Assembly (NCBI GenBank): GCA_050949225.1
Contig: JBMNFI010000001.1
Coordinates: forward strand, 596,378 to 660,377
Length of the DNA stretch: 64,000 nt
Direction of reading: 5' to 3'
From: Bacillota bacterium
Lineage (GTDB): Bacteria > Bacillota > Dehalobacteriia > UBA4068
This document shows, piece after piece, positions 36,757 through 52,155 of this stretch (the first letter of the stretch is position 1; every line of letters starts with the position of its first letter). The notes under the pieces are model-generated. The model searched no databases and was not told the DNA's origin. It was given only the letters and a program-made list of their open reading frames with translations. The position numbers and the translations under genes were made by a program.

Positions 36757-37521
36757 ATGTTCCCTTTAGTCCACCATTATAGCAATAAACAAGTTTTTGG
36801 TCATGCCAATGTAGACAACAGCCTGATTTTGGGCGGATTATTCCCCGATCTAGCTATCAATACGGGTCTTTCCCGAAATACCGCTCACACTTGCGGCCCG
36901 GCCTTTTATGAGTGGCATCAACTACATCAGTGCAAACATCTTAATTTTATTAAAGGCATCCTTACCCATAACACCTTACCTGAAGGCCTTGATTACTACT
37001 CCGATGAATTTTGGCCCGGCGGCGAAAAAGGTTATTGCTTTCAACAGGGCCGCTCCTGGATGAAAGAAGTGGAAAAAGCCACCGGTCTACCCCAAAAGTT
37101 GATCTGGTGGAAATCACATAACTTCGTCGAAATGGCCTTTGAACTGATAGCTTATCAAAGAGACCCGTTTCTGGGTCTACAGATATTAGAGGCTATTGGT
37201 GATCACCAGACCATTGAAGAAGTCTCCACAATGGTCAGCGATTTTTTCCGGATTGATAAAAAGAAAATGATTGAAGCCTATGAAATGGTTCCCAAAATCT
37301 TTGCTCTTTCTGAAGTCACACCGCAAACTTTGGCGGAAAAACAATGCCGTTCTTTCCAAACACGCCATAATTGTCATAACGGTAATATCGAGGAAATGAG
37401 CCACCTTCTGGAAGAAATGACTTGCTATTTCGACGATAAATTTGACCCCTTTATGCAAACAACAACTCACCTGATAAAAAACATGTTAAGCTCCCTTTGC
37501 GAAAAGCATCAAGAAAGTTAA
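36757..37521 (+). CDS. Hypothetical protein (254 aa, His/Cys-containing, no recognisable family)
   Basis: The ORF has an upstream GGAGG and a downstream terminator. The N-terminus is HHYSNKQVFGHANVDN.... Confidence 0.55.
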   Translation: MFPLVHHYSNKQVFGHANVDNSLILGGLFPDLAINTGLSRNTAHTCGPAFYEWHQLHQCKHLNFIKGILTHNTLPEGLDYYSDEFWPGGEKGYCFQQGRSWMKEVEKATGLPQKLIWWKSHNFVEMAFELIAYQRDPFLGLQILEAIGDHQTIEEVSTMVSDFFRIDKKKMIEAYEMVPKIFALSEVTPQTLAEKQCRSFQTRHNCHNGNIEEMSHLLEEMTCYFDDKFDPFMQTTTHLIKNMLSSLCEKHQES

Positions 37522-37558
37522 TCTCTCTCATTTTACAAACCTCTTTTTGAAATAGTCA

Positions 37559-37597
37559 GAGCCCGATGACCTGATCAAGTCGTCGGGCTCTCTTTAT
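37559..37597 (+). terminator. Stem-loop terminator after the 254-aa ORF (gagcccgatgac / gtcgtcgggctc)
   Basis: 12-bp stem with one G·U pair, followed by a weak T-tract. Confidence 0.45.
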
Positions 37598-37746
37598 AGA
37601 ATAAAGCATCTGTCTTTTTCTTTATTCGTAAAAGGCCTATAGCCTACTATATTCTATGTGAACATTATCATAAAAGTGATATTAACATATTGCTTTTCCT
37701 AAGCATAAACTATAAACAAATAATTCTTTTAGGAGAGGTGTTTTTT

Positions 37747-38343
37747 ATGAAAGGTTTTTGTAATACCGGTAGTAAATGTAGAAAACCATCAAGTCCCCCC
37801 AAAGGCGTAAAATGTCTAACACAATGTGTCCTGGATAGCTGCAAACAGTGTATCGAGGTAAGTACGGAAATCAAATTACCCATCCAACAACCAAGCGTCA
37901 GAAGCAGCAGTCTGCCTCCGGTCGGCACCTGCATTCCTATCAATCCCGCCGGCCAGATAAATTGTCAGGAAATCAGCCGTGAATGCACTTGTGAAGGTAT
38001 GTGTTTATCAACCGTGTTGTTTAATTATCCTATGCAATTGCATAATCCTTGTAATCCCTGTGATGCCATGTTCTATAATATTACCTCCATGGAAAATGTT
38101 GCCCTGTGCTGTACCGCAGATTCGCAGCTCGATTGCGTAAACACACGCATCATTTCAGCAAAAGCCGTGGTAACAAATGTGGATTGTGAAAATATCACAA
38201 TCACTATTAAATTATGGGTTGATACCGAATACCATCAAACCGCCTATCAAGAAATTTGCATGCCTCAAGCTTATGTAACCGAAAAACGTATTTGTGATGA
38301 AGGTATGTCCCCCTGTGAATTCAACCAAAGAAGAACCAGATAA
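37747..38343 (+). CDS. Cysteine-rich protein of unknown function (~198 aa, ~24 Cys), candidate spore-coat/structural protein
   Basis: The ATG after GGAGAGG gives MKGFCNTGSKCRKPSSPPKGVKCLTQCVLDSCKQCIE.... There is no signal peptide. It is flanked by terminators on both sides. Confidence 0.55.
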   Translation: MKGFCNTGSKCRKPSSPPKGVKCLTQCVLDSCKQCIEVSTEIKLPIQQPSVRSSSLPPVGTCIPINPAGQINCQEISRECTCEGMCLSTVLFNYPMQLHNPCNPCDAMFYNITSMENVALCCTADSQLDCVNTRIISAKAVVTNVDCENITITIKLWVDTEYHQTAYQEICMPQAYVTEKRICDEGMSPCEFNQRRTR

Positions 38344-38368
38344 AATATTTTTTGTTTAACAACTACCT

Positions 38369-38408
38369 AAAAACCCGCCGAGATGCTTTGCATCTTGGCG
38401 GGTTTTTT
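38369..38408. terminator. Bidirectional Rho-independent terminator (AAAAA cccgccgagatgc ttt gcatcttggcggg TTTTTT)
   Basis: Serves the Cys-rich gene on the plus strand and ilvN on the minus strand. Confidence 0.75.
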
Positions 38409-38413
38409 AACCT

Positions 38414-38917
38414 TTAAATATCATGTGCCGCACTTTCCGGCGAACGTGAGAGAAAAATCTCACCGGTACGGATAATTTCAACGATCCCATGCCTTTCCAT
38501 CAGTTGACAAAAAGCATCGATTTTATTAGCCTCCCCCGTAACCTCAATAACCATGGTTTCAGGGTGCACATCAATGATTTTTGCACGAAAAATAGCCACA
38601 ACATTGGTGATGTCGGCACGTTCTTTTTCCGAGGCCTTAACCTTTAAAAGTGCCATCTCACGCGCAATATGATCAATCTCTGTCATATCAACAACTTTGA
38701 TGACTTCAATTAATTTACCAAATTGATCATTAATCTGATCAATTTCCGCCTGATCAACTACATTAAGCACTACGGAAATACGCGTTACATCAGGTAACTC
38801 CGTTGAAGAGGCAGCAATACTTTCTATATTGAAGCCTCGCCTCGAAATTAATCCCGAAACATGTGTCAAAACCCCGGGTCTATTTTCTACTAAAACAGTA
38901 ACTGTATGTTTCATCAC
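38414..38917 (-). CDS. ilvN: Acetolactate synthase small (regulatory) subunit
   Basis: 167 aa. The ACT domain begins HTVTVLVENRPGVLTHVSGLISRRGFNIESI. Confidence 0.9.
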   Translation of the reverse strand: MMKHTVTVLVENRPGVLTHVSGLISRRGFNIESIAASSTELPDVTRISVVLNVVDQAEIDQINDQFGKLIEVIKVVDMTEIDHIAREMALLKVKASEKERADITNVVAIFRAKIIDVHPETMVIEVTGEANKIDAFCQLMERHGIVEIIRTGEIFLSRSPESAAHDI

Positions 38918-38926
38918 AAAAACCCC

Positions 38927-40618
38927 TTAATCATCATAATACATCTGATAAAGCGCCGAATTAGGTGCTACCATCGGCAAAACGTTAGCCTCTTCATCCA
39001 CTCGCACGTTAATAAAAATAGGCCCTTTGGCTTTTTCGGCCCGTTTTAAAGCAGACGGTAAATCCTCACGAGTATCAACATTGATCCCTTGTGCACCCAT
39101 TGCCTGAGCCAATAAAGAAAAATCTGTTGGTTTTTGATGCTGTGAGCCGCAATAACGTCTTTCATAAAAAAGTCTCTGCCATTGACGCACCATGCCTAAA
39201 CCGTCATTATTGAGGATTATCACCTTAATACGACAATTTTCTTCCACAGCAGTAGCAATCTCCTGACAGTTCATCATCATACAACCATCACCGGTTACCA
39301 GCCAAACATCCTGATCTGGGCAAGCCACCGCCGCCCCAATCGCCGCCGGCAAACCATAACCCATGGTGCCCAAGCCGCCGGAGGACAAAAAGCGCCGCGG
39401 CCCTGTAATATTAAGATATTGAGCCGCCCACATCTGATGTTGTCCCACATCAGTGACGATAATTGCATCCCCATGTAAATAACCGTTCAAAGCCTCCAGT
39501 ACCGCCTGCGGTTTAATATATTTGGCAGTATCCTGATACTTCAAGGGATAGGTCTTGGCAACCTGATCTAATTCATTTTGCCACTCCTGCCAATCAGCAG
39601 TTCTCTGCTCCACCTGCTCCAGTTGCGCAGCCAATTGTGGAACCGACCAGCGCAAATCACCTAAAACTCGATAATCCGCCTTCACTATCTTACCAATTTC
39701 CGCAGGATCAATATCAAAATGAGCAATCTTAGCCTGAGTGGCAAAATGATTAACCGCGCCTGTCACCCGATCATCAAAACGAACTCCCAGCCCAATCAAC
39801 AAATCACACTTAGAAATGGCCATATTGGCTACATAAGTTCCGTGCATACCAAGCATGCCTAAATTTTGCGGATGATTCCTGGCAGTAGCAGACAGCCCTA
39901 AAAGACTTGAAACAAAAGGGATGCCGGTTCGGTCAATCAGCTGCCGTACTTTACAGCTGACATCTGCTGCAACCACTCCGCCGCCAATAAAAAACAAAGG
40001 CTTTTTAGCTTGAGATAAAGCCTTAATAACTTGTGCTACTTCCTGCTCATCACCATAAATTACAGGCTTATAACCACGCATTTTTATCTGAGAAATATCA
40101 GGATAAGTAAATTCCATCTGTTGCGTCAAAACGTCCTTGGGAACATCAATTAAAACAGGTCCCGGTCTGCCGGTTCTGGCAATATAAAAAGCTTTTGCCA
40201 AAGCCTCCGGCAACATTTTATAATCCCTCACCATAAAGTTGTGTTTCGTTATCGGCGTGCTGATACCTGTAATATCGGCCTCTTGAAATGAATCCTTACC
40301 CAAAGCGGGTAAAGCCACCTGGCAAGTAATACACACAATCGGCACAGAATCCATATAAGCAGTAGCAATCCCTGTGACCAGATTAGTAGCTCCGGGACCA
40401 GAGGTAGCAAAGCAAACCCCTACCTTGCCGCTGGCCCGAGCATAACCGTCTGCGGCATGCACTGCACCTTGCTCATGCCTGGGTAGAATATGCCTGATCT
40501 CAGAATCATATAAACAGTCATATAAAGGTAAGGCCACACCGCCCGGATAACCAAAAACGACGTCAACACCTTCCTTTTTTAAAGCCTCCATAATAATTTG
40601 TCCACCAGATAAAAGCAC
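38927..40618 (-). CDS. ilvB: Acetolactate synthase large subunit (biosynthetic, ThDP-dependent)
   Basis: A GTG after AGGTGA gives (M)LLSGGQIIMEALKKEGVDVVFGYPGG.... The ThDP motif GDGCMMMNCQEIATA is present. Confidence 0.9.
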   Translation of the reverse strand: MLLSGGQIIMEALKKEGVDVVFGYPGGVALPLYDCLYDSEIRHILPRHEQGAVHAADGYARASGKVGVCFATSGPGATNLVTGIATAYMDSVPIVCITCQVALPALGKDSFQEADITGISTPITKHNFMVRDYKMLPEALAKAFYIARTGRPGPVLIDVPKDVLTQQMEFTYPDISQIKMRGYKPVIYGDEQEVAQVIKALSQAKKPLFFIGGGVVAADVSCKVRQLIDRTGIPFVSSLLGLSATARNHPQNLGMLGMHGTYVANMAISKCDLLIGLGVRFDDRVTGAVNHFATQAKIAHFDIDPAEIGKIVKADYRVLGDLRWSVPQLAAQLEQVEQRTADWQEWQNELDQVAKTYPLKYQDTAKYIKPQAVLEALNGYLHGDAIIVTDVGQHQMWAAQYLNITGPRRFLSSGGLGTMGYGLPAAIGAAVACPDQDVWLVTGDGCMMMNCQEIATAVEENCRIKVIILNNDGLGMVRQWQRLFYERRYCGSQHQKPTDFSLLAQAMGAQGINVDTREDLPSALKRAEKAKGPIFINVRVDEEANVLPMVAPNSALYQMYYDD

Positions 40619-40701
40619 TAATTTCACCTCTAATAATTTAAGTATTTTATCCCATATACCATATATGATATACAAGTGTCCATTTTATAGCTATAAAAAT
40701 T

Positions 40702-40730
40702 ATTATACCACCTAAATTTATTTTTGTCTA
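40702..40730 (-). promoter_or_regulatory. Candidate ilvBN promoter with extended -10 (TAGACA, 17-nt spacer, TGgTATAAT)
   Basis: Read on the minus strand ~75 nt upstream of the ilvB start. No T-box-sized leader is present. Confidence 0.45.
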
Positions 40731-40775
40731 TTAATTAAATCACACATCATTTTTCCTACTATTCCCATTATCAAA

Positions 40776-40803
40776 CCCCCTCAAGCCTGAAGGCTTGAGG
40801 GGG
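40776..40803 (-). terminator. GC-rich hairpin (ccccctcaagcc tgaa ggcttgaggggg) 3' of the lipoprotein gene
   Basis: 12-bp perfect stem with a short U-tract. Confidence 0.4.
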
Positions 40804-40826
40804 TATTTAATATTCTATTTAGTATT

Positions 40827-41357
40827 CTACTTGACATTATAATTGGTATATTTTTTATCCAACTTCTTTACCACTGTCAATAATTCTTGCGGCATTTCAT
40901 AATAGCCCTCTCTGCCACCGGGCGTATTCCCGGTCCCCGCCTCGGGTTTGCCACTGCCAATACTACCATAAGCAACCTCATCATACATAGCAATCGTCGT
41001 ATTATCATTAAACTTAATGTAATATGATTCCATACCCGTCAGTTGTCTTGCCGCTGTAGCTACCTGCCATTGTTCAAATTGCACAGCATCAATCAATTCC
41101 TGAATCTCCTCTGGATTTGTCACTTCAAATGAACAAACTTCCCTTTCTCTATGAAATCCCGCCCAAATCGTTACAGCGTCCGACTCCAGACTATATTTTT
41201 CAGCCAACATCGCTCCCTCCAACACCTCTGCCTGCTCTGTCTGATCATGATTTCTGACATCCTTCAGGTCATCAGCCTTGTTGCAACCACCTACAAGCAA
41301 ACCCAAGCACAGTAAACTGATCACCATCAACATAAACCTTCTTTTTATTAACATCAT
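40827..41357 (-). CDS. Putative lipoprotein (176 aa)
   Basis: Signal peptide with a lipobox-like LLVGGC. Only 25 nt downstream of the 505-aa secreted protein gene. Confidence 0.55.
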   Translation of the reverse strand: MMLIKRRFMLMVISLLCLGLLVGGCNKADDLKDVRNHDQTEQAEVLEGAMLAEKYSLESDAVTIWAGFHREREVCSFEVTNPEEIQELIDAVQFEQWQVATAARQLTGMESYYIKFNDNTTIAMYDEVAYGSIGSGKPEAGTGNTPGGREGYYEMPQELLTVVKKLDKKYTNYNVK

Positions 41358-41382
41358 ATCACTCCTTTATAAATAAAAACTC

Positions 41383-42900
41383 TTAAACCCATCCCCAGTA
41401 ATTCTGATCACCAATAAATTTTAAAGGTAAATCCAGCGTCGGCAATTGATTCTTAGCCCACACAGCACAATTATAAAGTCGGCTACCGTCCACTCCGGCG
41501 AAAAATATTCTGGCAAATTGCGCATTATTACTTGCATAAGTAATACGTGTCCAACCCATAAAAACCCTATTGCTGCTGTTATTAGTTATATTAAAAGCAT
41601 TCGCCCAAGCTGTTGTTCCGGCACTACAACAATTCAAAAACACAAAACGCCACGACCCATTATAACCATCAATAGTAGTTCTTTGTAATGTAAAAACGAA
41701 CTCATTGTTCGAATAATTTTTAATGCCAATATCTCCAGCAGATCCATGTCCATGAAAATAAAAGCCATAGGCATCCGCACGTTTTAAGAAGCTGATTATC
41801 TTTGCTTTCATGCTGTAAGCATCGGAACACTCCTTAAAAACAGGTAGATATCCTAATGTAACAAAGCTGCTCGTCGCCTTACTCAAAATATCATCAACCT
41901 GATACATGCCTTTATTGCCATAAGCACCCGCTACAAGCTGCGCCTCATCCCCACCAATCACTTCTCCAGTCACCGCATCCACATGAAAGAGCAAAGAGCT
42001 ATCATCCGATTCAATCACATAAGCCAAACGCACAAATTGAGCCGGTTCATAAGGGCCACCCTCTGTCCAGTAAAAATTAGGCTGCACATATTTCAGATAT
42101 ACTTTGCCGACTTTAACCTCATTATAACCCTCTAACCCCTCCATCACTGGCTTTGCTTTGGCTACAGCTTCCCTTTCGCTGATTGCAGGGGTTTCCGTGT
42201 TGGCCTCCATTCCAAAAACACTAAGGAAGGCCACACTATTGTCAGCTCTTGCTACCGTCACCGTTACCCCATCATGCTCGTTAATCAAACCATTATCCAA
42301 CTTAGCCCGATAATAAAGCATCCAATAGTCCACCGTCTCCTCTGCTGACTTTACTAACTCATATTTATCACTAACTCCCAGCATCTCCAAAGCTTTTCCG
42401 CCTGTAGCCAGATATTGCTCTTCTGTAGTATCCCATGTTTCACCATCAGCAGCAATCACTTCATCACCGGAATTAAAAATGCTAATCAGCTGACCTTCTG
42501 CATTTAGGCAGAAAAACTGTTCTTTATCAATCGTATATTTCGTATAAGTCTCACCTGTATAATTCAAGATATCTTTCTTAACCTCGGCCTGCTTTACCTT
42601 ATCCACTCTAACACCCAAATCCTGCAAACTCGCTTGTTCTTTGGCAGATAAAATAGCTGTATCCACTTTTTTCACAGCATAACTCTTCTTGACAATATCA
42701 TGAATCCCTTCCTCAGTATCCGCCAACGCCAGCTCCTTTTGAGAAACCTCTTGCTTCAGAGCCAAGACACTTGAAGCTTCCTTACCCACGCTCTCCTCAT
42801 CAACAGCACCGGCATTCAGGACAGGCATCATCACCAAAACTGCCAATAAAGCCAGTACAACAATACCTAACATCTTTTTCTTCATAATCAAATCCTCCAT
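41383..42900 (-). CDS. Secreted protein with PepSY-like repeats and a C-terminal putative clan-CD-like cysteine-peptidase motif (His-Gly...Cys)
   Basis: Signal peptide MKKKMLGIVVLALLAVLVMMPVLNAGA. PepSY-like repeats such as LAYVIESDDSSLLFHVDAVTGEVIGGD. The C-terminus carries FYFHGHGSAG and FVFLNCCSAG. Confidence 0.5.
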   Translation of the reverse strand: MEDLIMKKKMLGIVVLALLAVLVMMPVLNAGAVDEESVGKEASSVLALKQEVSQKELALADTEEGIHDIVKKSYAVKKVDTAILSAKEQASLQDLGVRVDKVKQAEVKKDILNYTGETYTKYTIDKEQFFCLNAEGQLISIFNSGDEVIAADGETWDTTEEQYLATGGKALEMLGVSDKYELVKSAEETVDYWMLYYRAKLDNGLINEHDGVTVTVARADNSVAFLSVFGMEANTETPAISEREAVAKAKPVMEGLEGYNEVKVGKVYLKYVQPNFYWTEGGPYEPAQFVRLAYVIESDDSSLLFHVDAVTGEVIGGDEAQLVAGAYGNKGMYQVDDILSKATSSFVTLGYLPVFKECSDAYSMKAKIISFLKRADAYGFYFHGHGSAGDIGIKNYSNNEFVFTLQRTTIDGYNGSWRFVFLNCCSAGTTAWANAFNITNNSSNRVFMGWTRITYASNNAQFARIFFAGVDGSRLYNCAVWAKNQLPTLDLPLKFIGDQNYWGWV

Positions 42901-43133
42901 TTTACTTGTTGAGTGTTTTTACTATCTCATGATGTTAGGCAAACTATCTGTTAAGAACAATTGCCCCCCCCACAGAATAATTTATTCACCTCTTCGTATA
43001 TTAACATACTCCTCCTCCCTAGTCTGTCGAATAAAGTCGAACCGCACCAAAGTTAATCAACATTGACCTTGCAGCCAGACAAAAGACCGCTACAGATAAC
43101 CATCTATAGCGGCCGTTTACTCTCATTATTCGC

Positions 43134-43928
43134 TTATTTATTTCTCTGTACTCCATTATAATCAACATACCAATTATCCTTCAACAATAACTCGCTAATA
43201 GGAACAATCTCCAAATTATGCTCTTCAGTCAACTGTTTAAGTATTGGATCTAAGGCCTCAGCAGTGTGTTTGCCATTGTTATGAAAAAGGACAATATCAC
43301 CTTGACCAATATCTTTCATCACCCGTTCTTCGATTTCGGTGGCACTCAAATCTTTCCAATCCAAGCTATCAATAGACCACTGAATAGGCATAAACCCCAA
43401 ATTCTGGCACTTTTCAATCACGTTATTATTATAATCACCAAAAGGTGGTCTAAAGAGAACAGCCTCCTGTCCCGTGACTTCTTTAATCAGTTGATAATTA
43501 TCATTTAATTCCTGCGTGATTTGTTCATCAGTTAAAGAGGTAAAGTTCGGATGCGTCACCGAATGCAAACCTATTTCATGACCGCGGGAAGCAATTTCCC
43601 GAGCCATTTCAGGATAATCATTAATCCAAATATTAACCAAAAAGAAAGTCGTTTTTATCTCATATTTGTCCAAAATGTCCAAAATTTTCTCCGTTTTTTC
43701 CGCACCCCAACTGGCATCAAAACTAATAGAAAGTTGCTTCTTAGGGGTATCAACTTCATAAACAGGCAAAAGACGTACCGTCTGCGAAACAGCACTGATA
43801 AAATAATTGCCCTGTATATACGGTCCGGCAAATAAAAGTATCAATAAGACAACCAGCGCAAAAATAAAGCCTATTCTTTGTCGCACAAATTTAAGTAGCT
43901 TATCTTTTCTTTTTTGCAAAAGTTTCAC
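43134..43928 (-). CDS. Polysaccharide deacetylase (NodB-homology, CE4) family, membrane-anchored
   Basis: 264 aa. Motif 2 is HSVTH and motif 3 is RPPFG. Motif 1 is SFDAS (second Asp replaced). N-terminal TM anchor. Confidence 0.8.
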   Translation of the reverse strand: MKLLQKRKDKLLKFVRQRIGFIFALVVLLILLFAGPYIQGNYFISAVSQTVRLLPVYEVDTPKKQLSISFDASWGAEKTEKILDILDKYEIKTTFFLVNIWINDYPEMAREIASRGHEIGLHSVTHPNFTSLTDEQITQELNDNYQLIKEVTGQEAVLFRPPFGDYNNNVIEKCQNLGFMPIQWSIDSLDWKDLSATEIEERVMKDIGQGDIVLFHNNGKHTAEALDPILKQLTEEHNLEIVPISELLLKDNWYVDYNGVQRNK

Positions 43929-44120
43929 TCCCCTTCACTTTTAAAACATATTCAAATCAAGCGTTAATATACCTTAAACAACTTACCATAAAAAGATAAT
44001 TTGCTATTGCAAATTCACTTATGCAAGCTCCTTGAAAGATAAAATGTTCTCATATTACATAAAAATTAATTATCGTTAGCAATTTTTTTACCATCTTAAA
44101 GATTTATATTATTAAATGAA

Positions 44121-44167
44121 ACAAAAAAACAGACGTTTCAATATTGATTAAATATTGAAACGTCTGT
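44121..44167 (-). terminator. rRNA operon terminator (17-bp perfect stem acagacgtttcaatatt / aatattgaaacgtctgt plus UUUUUUU)
   Basis: Immediately 3' of the 5S rRNA on the minus strand. Confidence 0.8.
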
Positions 44168-44176
44168 AAACTTACT

Positions 44177-44292
44177 CCTGGCAATGACCTACTCTCCCAA
44201 GGGCTCGCGCCCCCAGTACCCTTGGCGCAGAAGAGCTTAACTACTGTGTTCGGTATGGGAACAGGTGTGACCTCTTCGCCGTAATCACCAGG
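44177..44292 (-). rRNA. rrf: 5S ribosomal RNA
   Basis: The reverse complement, cctggtgattacggcgaagaggtcacacctgttcccataccgaacac...gagagtaggtcattgccagg, matches the 5S consensus. Confidence 0.9.
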
Positions 44293-44435
44293 AAACTTTT
44301 TTACTTATCTTAATCTTTCTGTCTTAACTATTTTCAGTTAAAGTATTTTGGCAATCCCTGCCTCAATTAGTATAACCCATATCACTATTTTTAGCAATAT
44401 GATCAAATCTTTAAAAACTACATAGTGAATTTTTT

Positions 44436-47520
<3,085 letters not shown>

Positions 47521-47943
47521 AATCTTGATAAATTTCTATTCCGTTTATCTTTTCTATCTCTTGCTCGCTTACTTAGTAATTTCTGTAATACCTGATTCCT
47601 ATACTCTTCTTCTCAAAAAATATAGTAACCAGCTACCTCATCACTTTCGCTTGCGCTTCACTATGCAGTTTTCAAAGATCTAAACTCCAGAGAAGTCTCT
47701 GGGAACTAAACAGTAAACTGAGCCATTAATCGACCTAGGAAATATCCATATTCCTTACCACCAACTTAGTATAACTATGTCATCACCTTCTGCATAATCC
47801 CTAACATACCTGAGTATGCCTACGGTTTACGCCTCGGCTCTTACTTGTTTTACTTGTCGCCAGTAGGAATATCTGAGCGATTATACAGACTATGTCAACA
47901 ATCTGTCAATACACTCAACAGCTCTTAAACGCCGGGATGTGCT

Positions 47944-49533
<1,590 letters not shown>

Positions 49534-49718
49534 TCTATCATATCCTCTACTAAAAGAGGCTATCTTACAAAATCAGAGTCCTGTTTGGCTCTTTACTTTT
49601 GTTTCTCAAAAATTATTCTCAGTTAAATAAAGAAATTTAACCAAGGGACATATTGCTTTTTTGGCTTGTTACTGTTCAGTTCTCAAAGACCTCCGCCCCT
49701 TCTGCGGGACGCTAAATT

Positions 49719-49747
49719 ATAATATCACTTTTGTTATCCTTTGTCAA
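49719..49747 (-). promoter_or_regulatory. rrn promoter P2 (TTGACA, 17-nt spacer, TATTAT)
   Basis: Read on the minus strand ~190 nt upstream of the 16S 5' end. Confidence 0.5.
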
Positions 49748-49813
49748 GTGCTTTTTCTCTTAAGCATTTTATCTCTTTAAGAAATTCATTCTTCTCTTAG
49801 GACAACGAAGTAT

Positions 49814-49842
49814 ATAATAGCATATACATTTTACCATGTCAA
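49814..49842 (-). promoter_or_regulatory. rrn promoter P1 (TTGACA, 17-nt spacer, TATTAT), in tandem with P2
   Basis: A second identical -35/-10 pair 95 nt upstream of P2, in an AT-rich context. Confidence 0.5.
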
Positions 49843-49920
49843 CACTTTTTTTGCTTCTTTTTAAGAAAAATAAAATAATCCTAGAAATGTTTTTTTGGAT
49901 CAATCACTATACCAGCCGAA

Positions 49921-51399
<1,479 letters not shown>

Positions 51400-51453
51400 C
51401 TAAAAATAGCTCCCTTATGAACATCAATTACATATAAGCATCAATCACAGCAG

Positions 51454-51930
51454 TTATTTCGTAATATTTAAAATCTTAAACCTAATCATACCTGAAGGAA
51501 CGCTTACATCCACAATATCTCCTACAGCATGCCCAATCAAAGATTGCCCCACCGGACTCTCATAGGAAATCTTGTTGTGTTTGGGATCGGATTCCACAGA
51601 TCCGACAATACTGTATTCTACCTCAGTTTTTTTAGTGATATTTTCCATTTTAACAGTAGATCCCACTGAAACGACATTCACATTCACGTCTTTAGAATCA
51701 ATAATTCTCGCATTACGTAACTTTTTTTCTAAATCCAAAATGCTGCCTTCGATAAAAGCTTGTTCATTCTTAGCATCCTCGTACTCAGAATTTTCGCTGA
51801 TATCGCCAAATTCAATAGCCTGCTTAATTCTTGAGGCAACCTCTTTACGGCGCACAGTCTTTAGCTGCTCCAATTCTTCCTCCATTTTTTTCAAACCGGA
51901 CAGCGTCATCAAAACTTCATTATTGCCCAT
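51454..51930 (-). CDS. greA: Transcription elongation factor GreA
   Basis: The ATG after GGAGGAG gives [24 protein letters not shown].... Acidic coiled-coil fingertip [14 protein letters not shown]. Confidence 0.9.
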   Translation of the reverse strand: MGNNEVLMTLSGLKKMEEELEQLKTVRRKEVASRIKQAIEFGDISENSEYEDAKNEQAFIEGSILDLEKKLRNARIIDSKDVNVNVVSVGSTVKMENITKKTEVEYSIVGSVESDPKHNKISYESPVGQSLIGHAVGDIVDVSVPSGMIRFKILNITK

Positions 51931-52155
51931 TTGTGCTCCTCCATAAATCATTTCTTAAAATTCTTGCTTGTTTAGCATAAATTATCAACAAGCACCCCTA
52001 CAAGAAGTGCTTGTTTCTCTTCAGAACATTTCCATCCTATTCAATGGGAATTATATTCCCTGAAGCTCTTTTTGTCAAGTATTATTTGATATCATACATA
52101 TCTCCAAACTGCCGGCATAAACTTCTGTTAAATCCCTTGCGAAAGGAGAAGCTTC

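Noticed and set aside
40619-40826. T-box or leader-peptide attenuator upstream of ilvB
   Set aside because: The leader is only ~75 nt from the predicted transcription start site to the start codon. No AATTAGGGTGG-type T-box motif and no Leu/Val/Ile-rich leader peptide.
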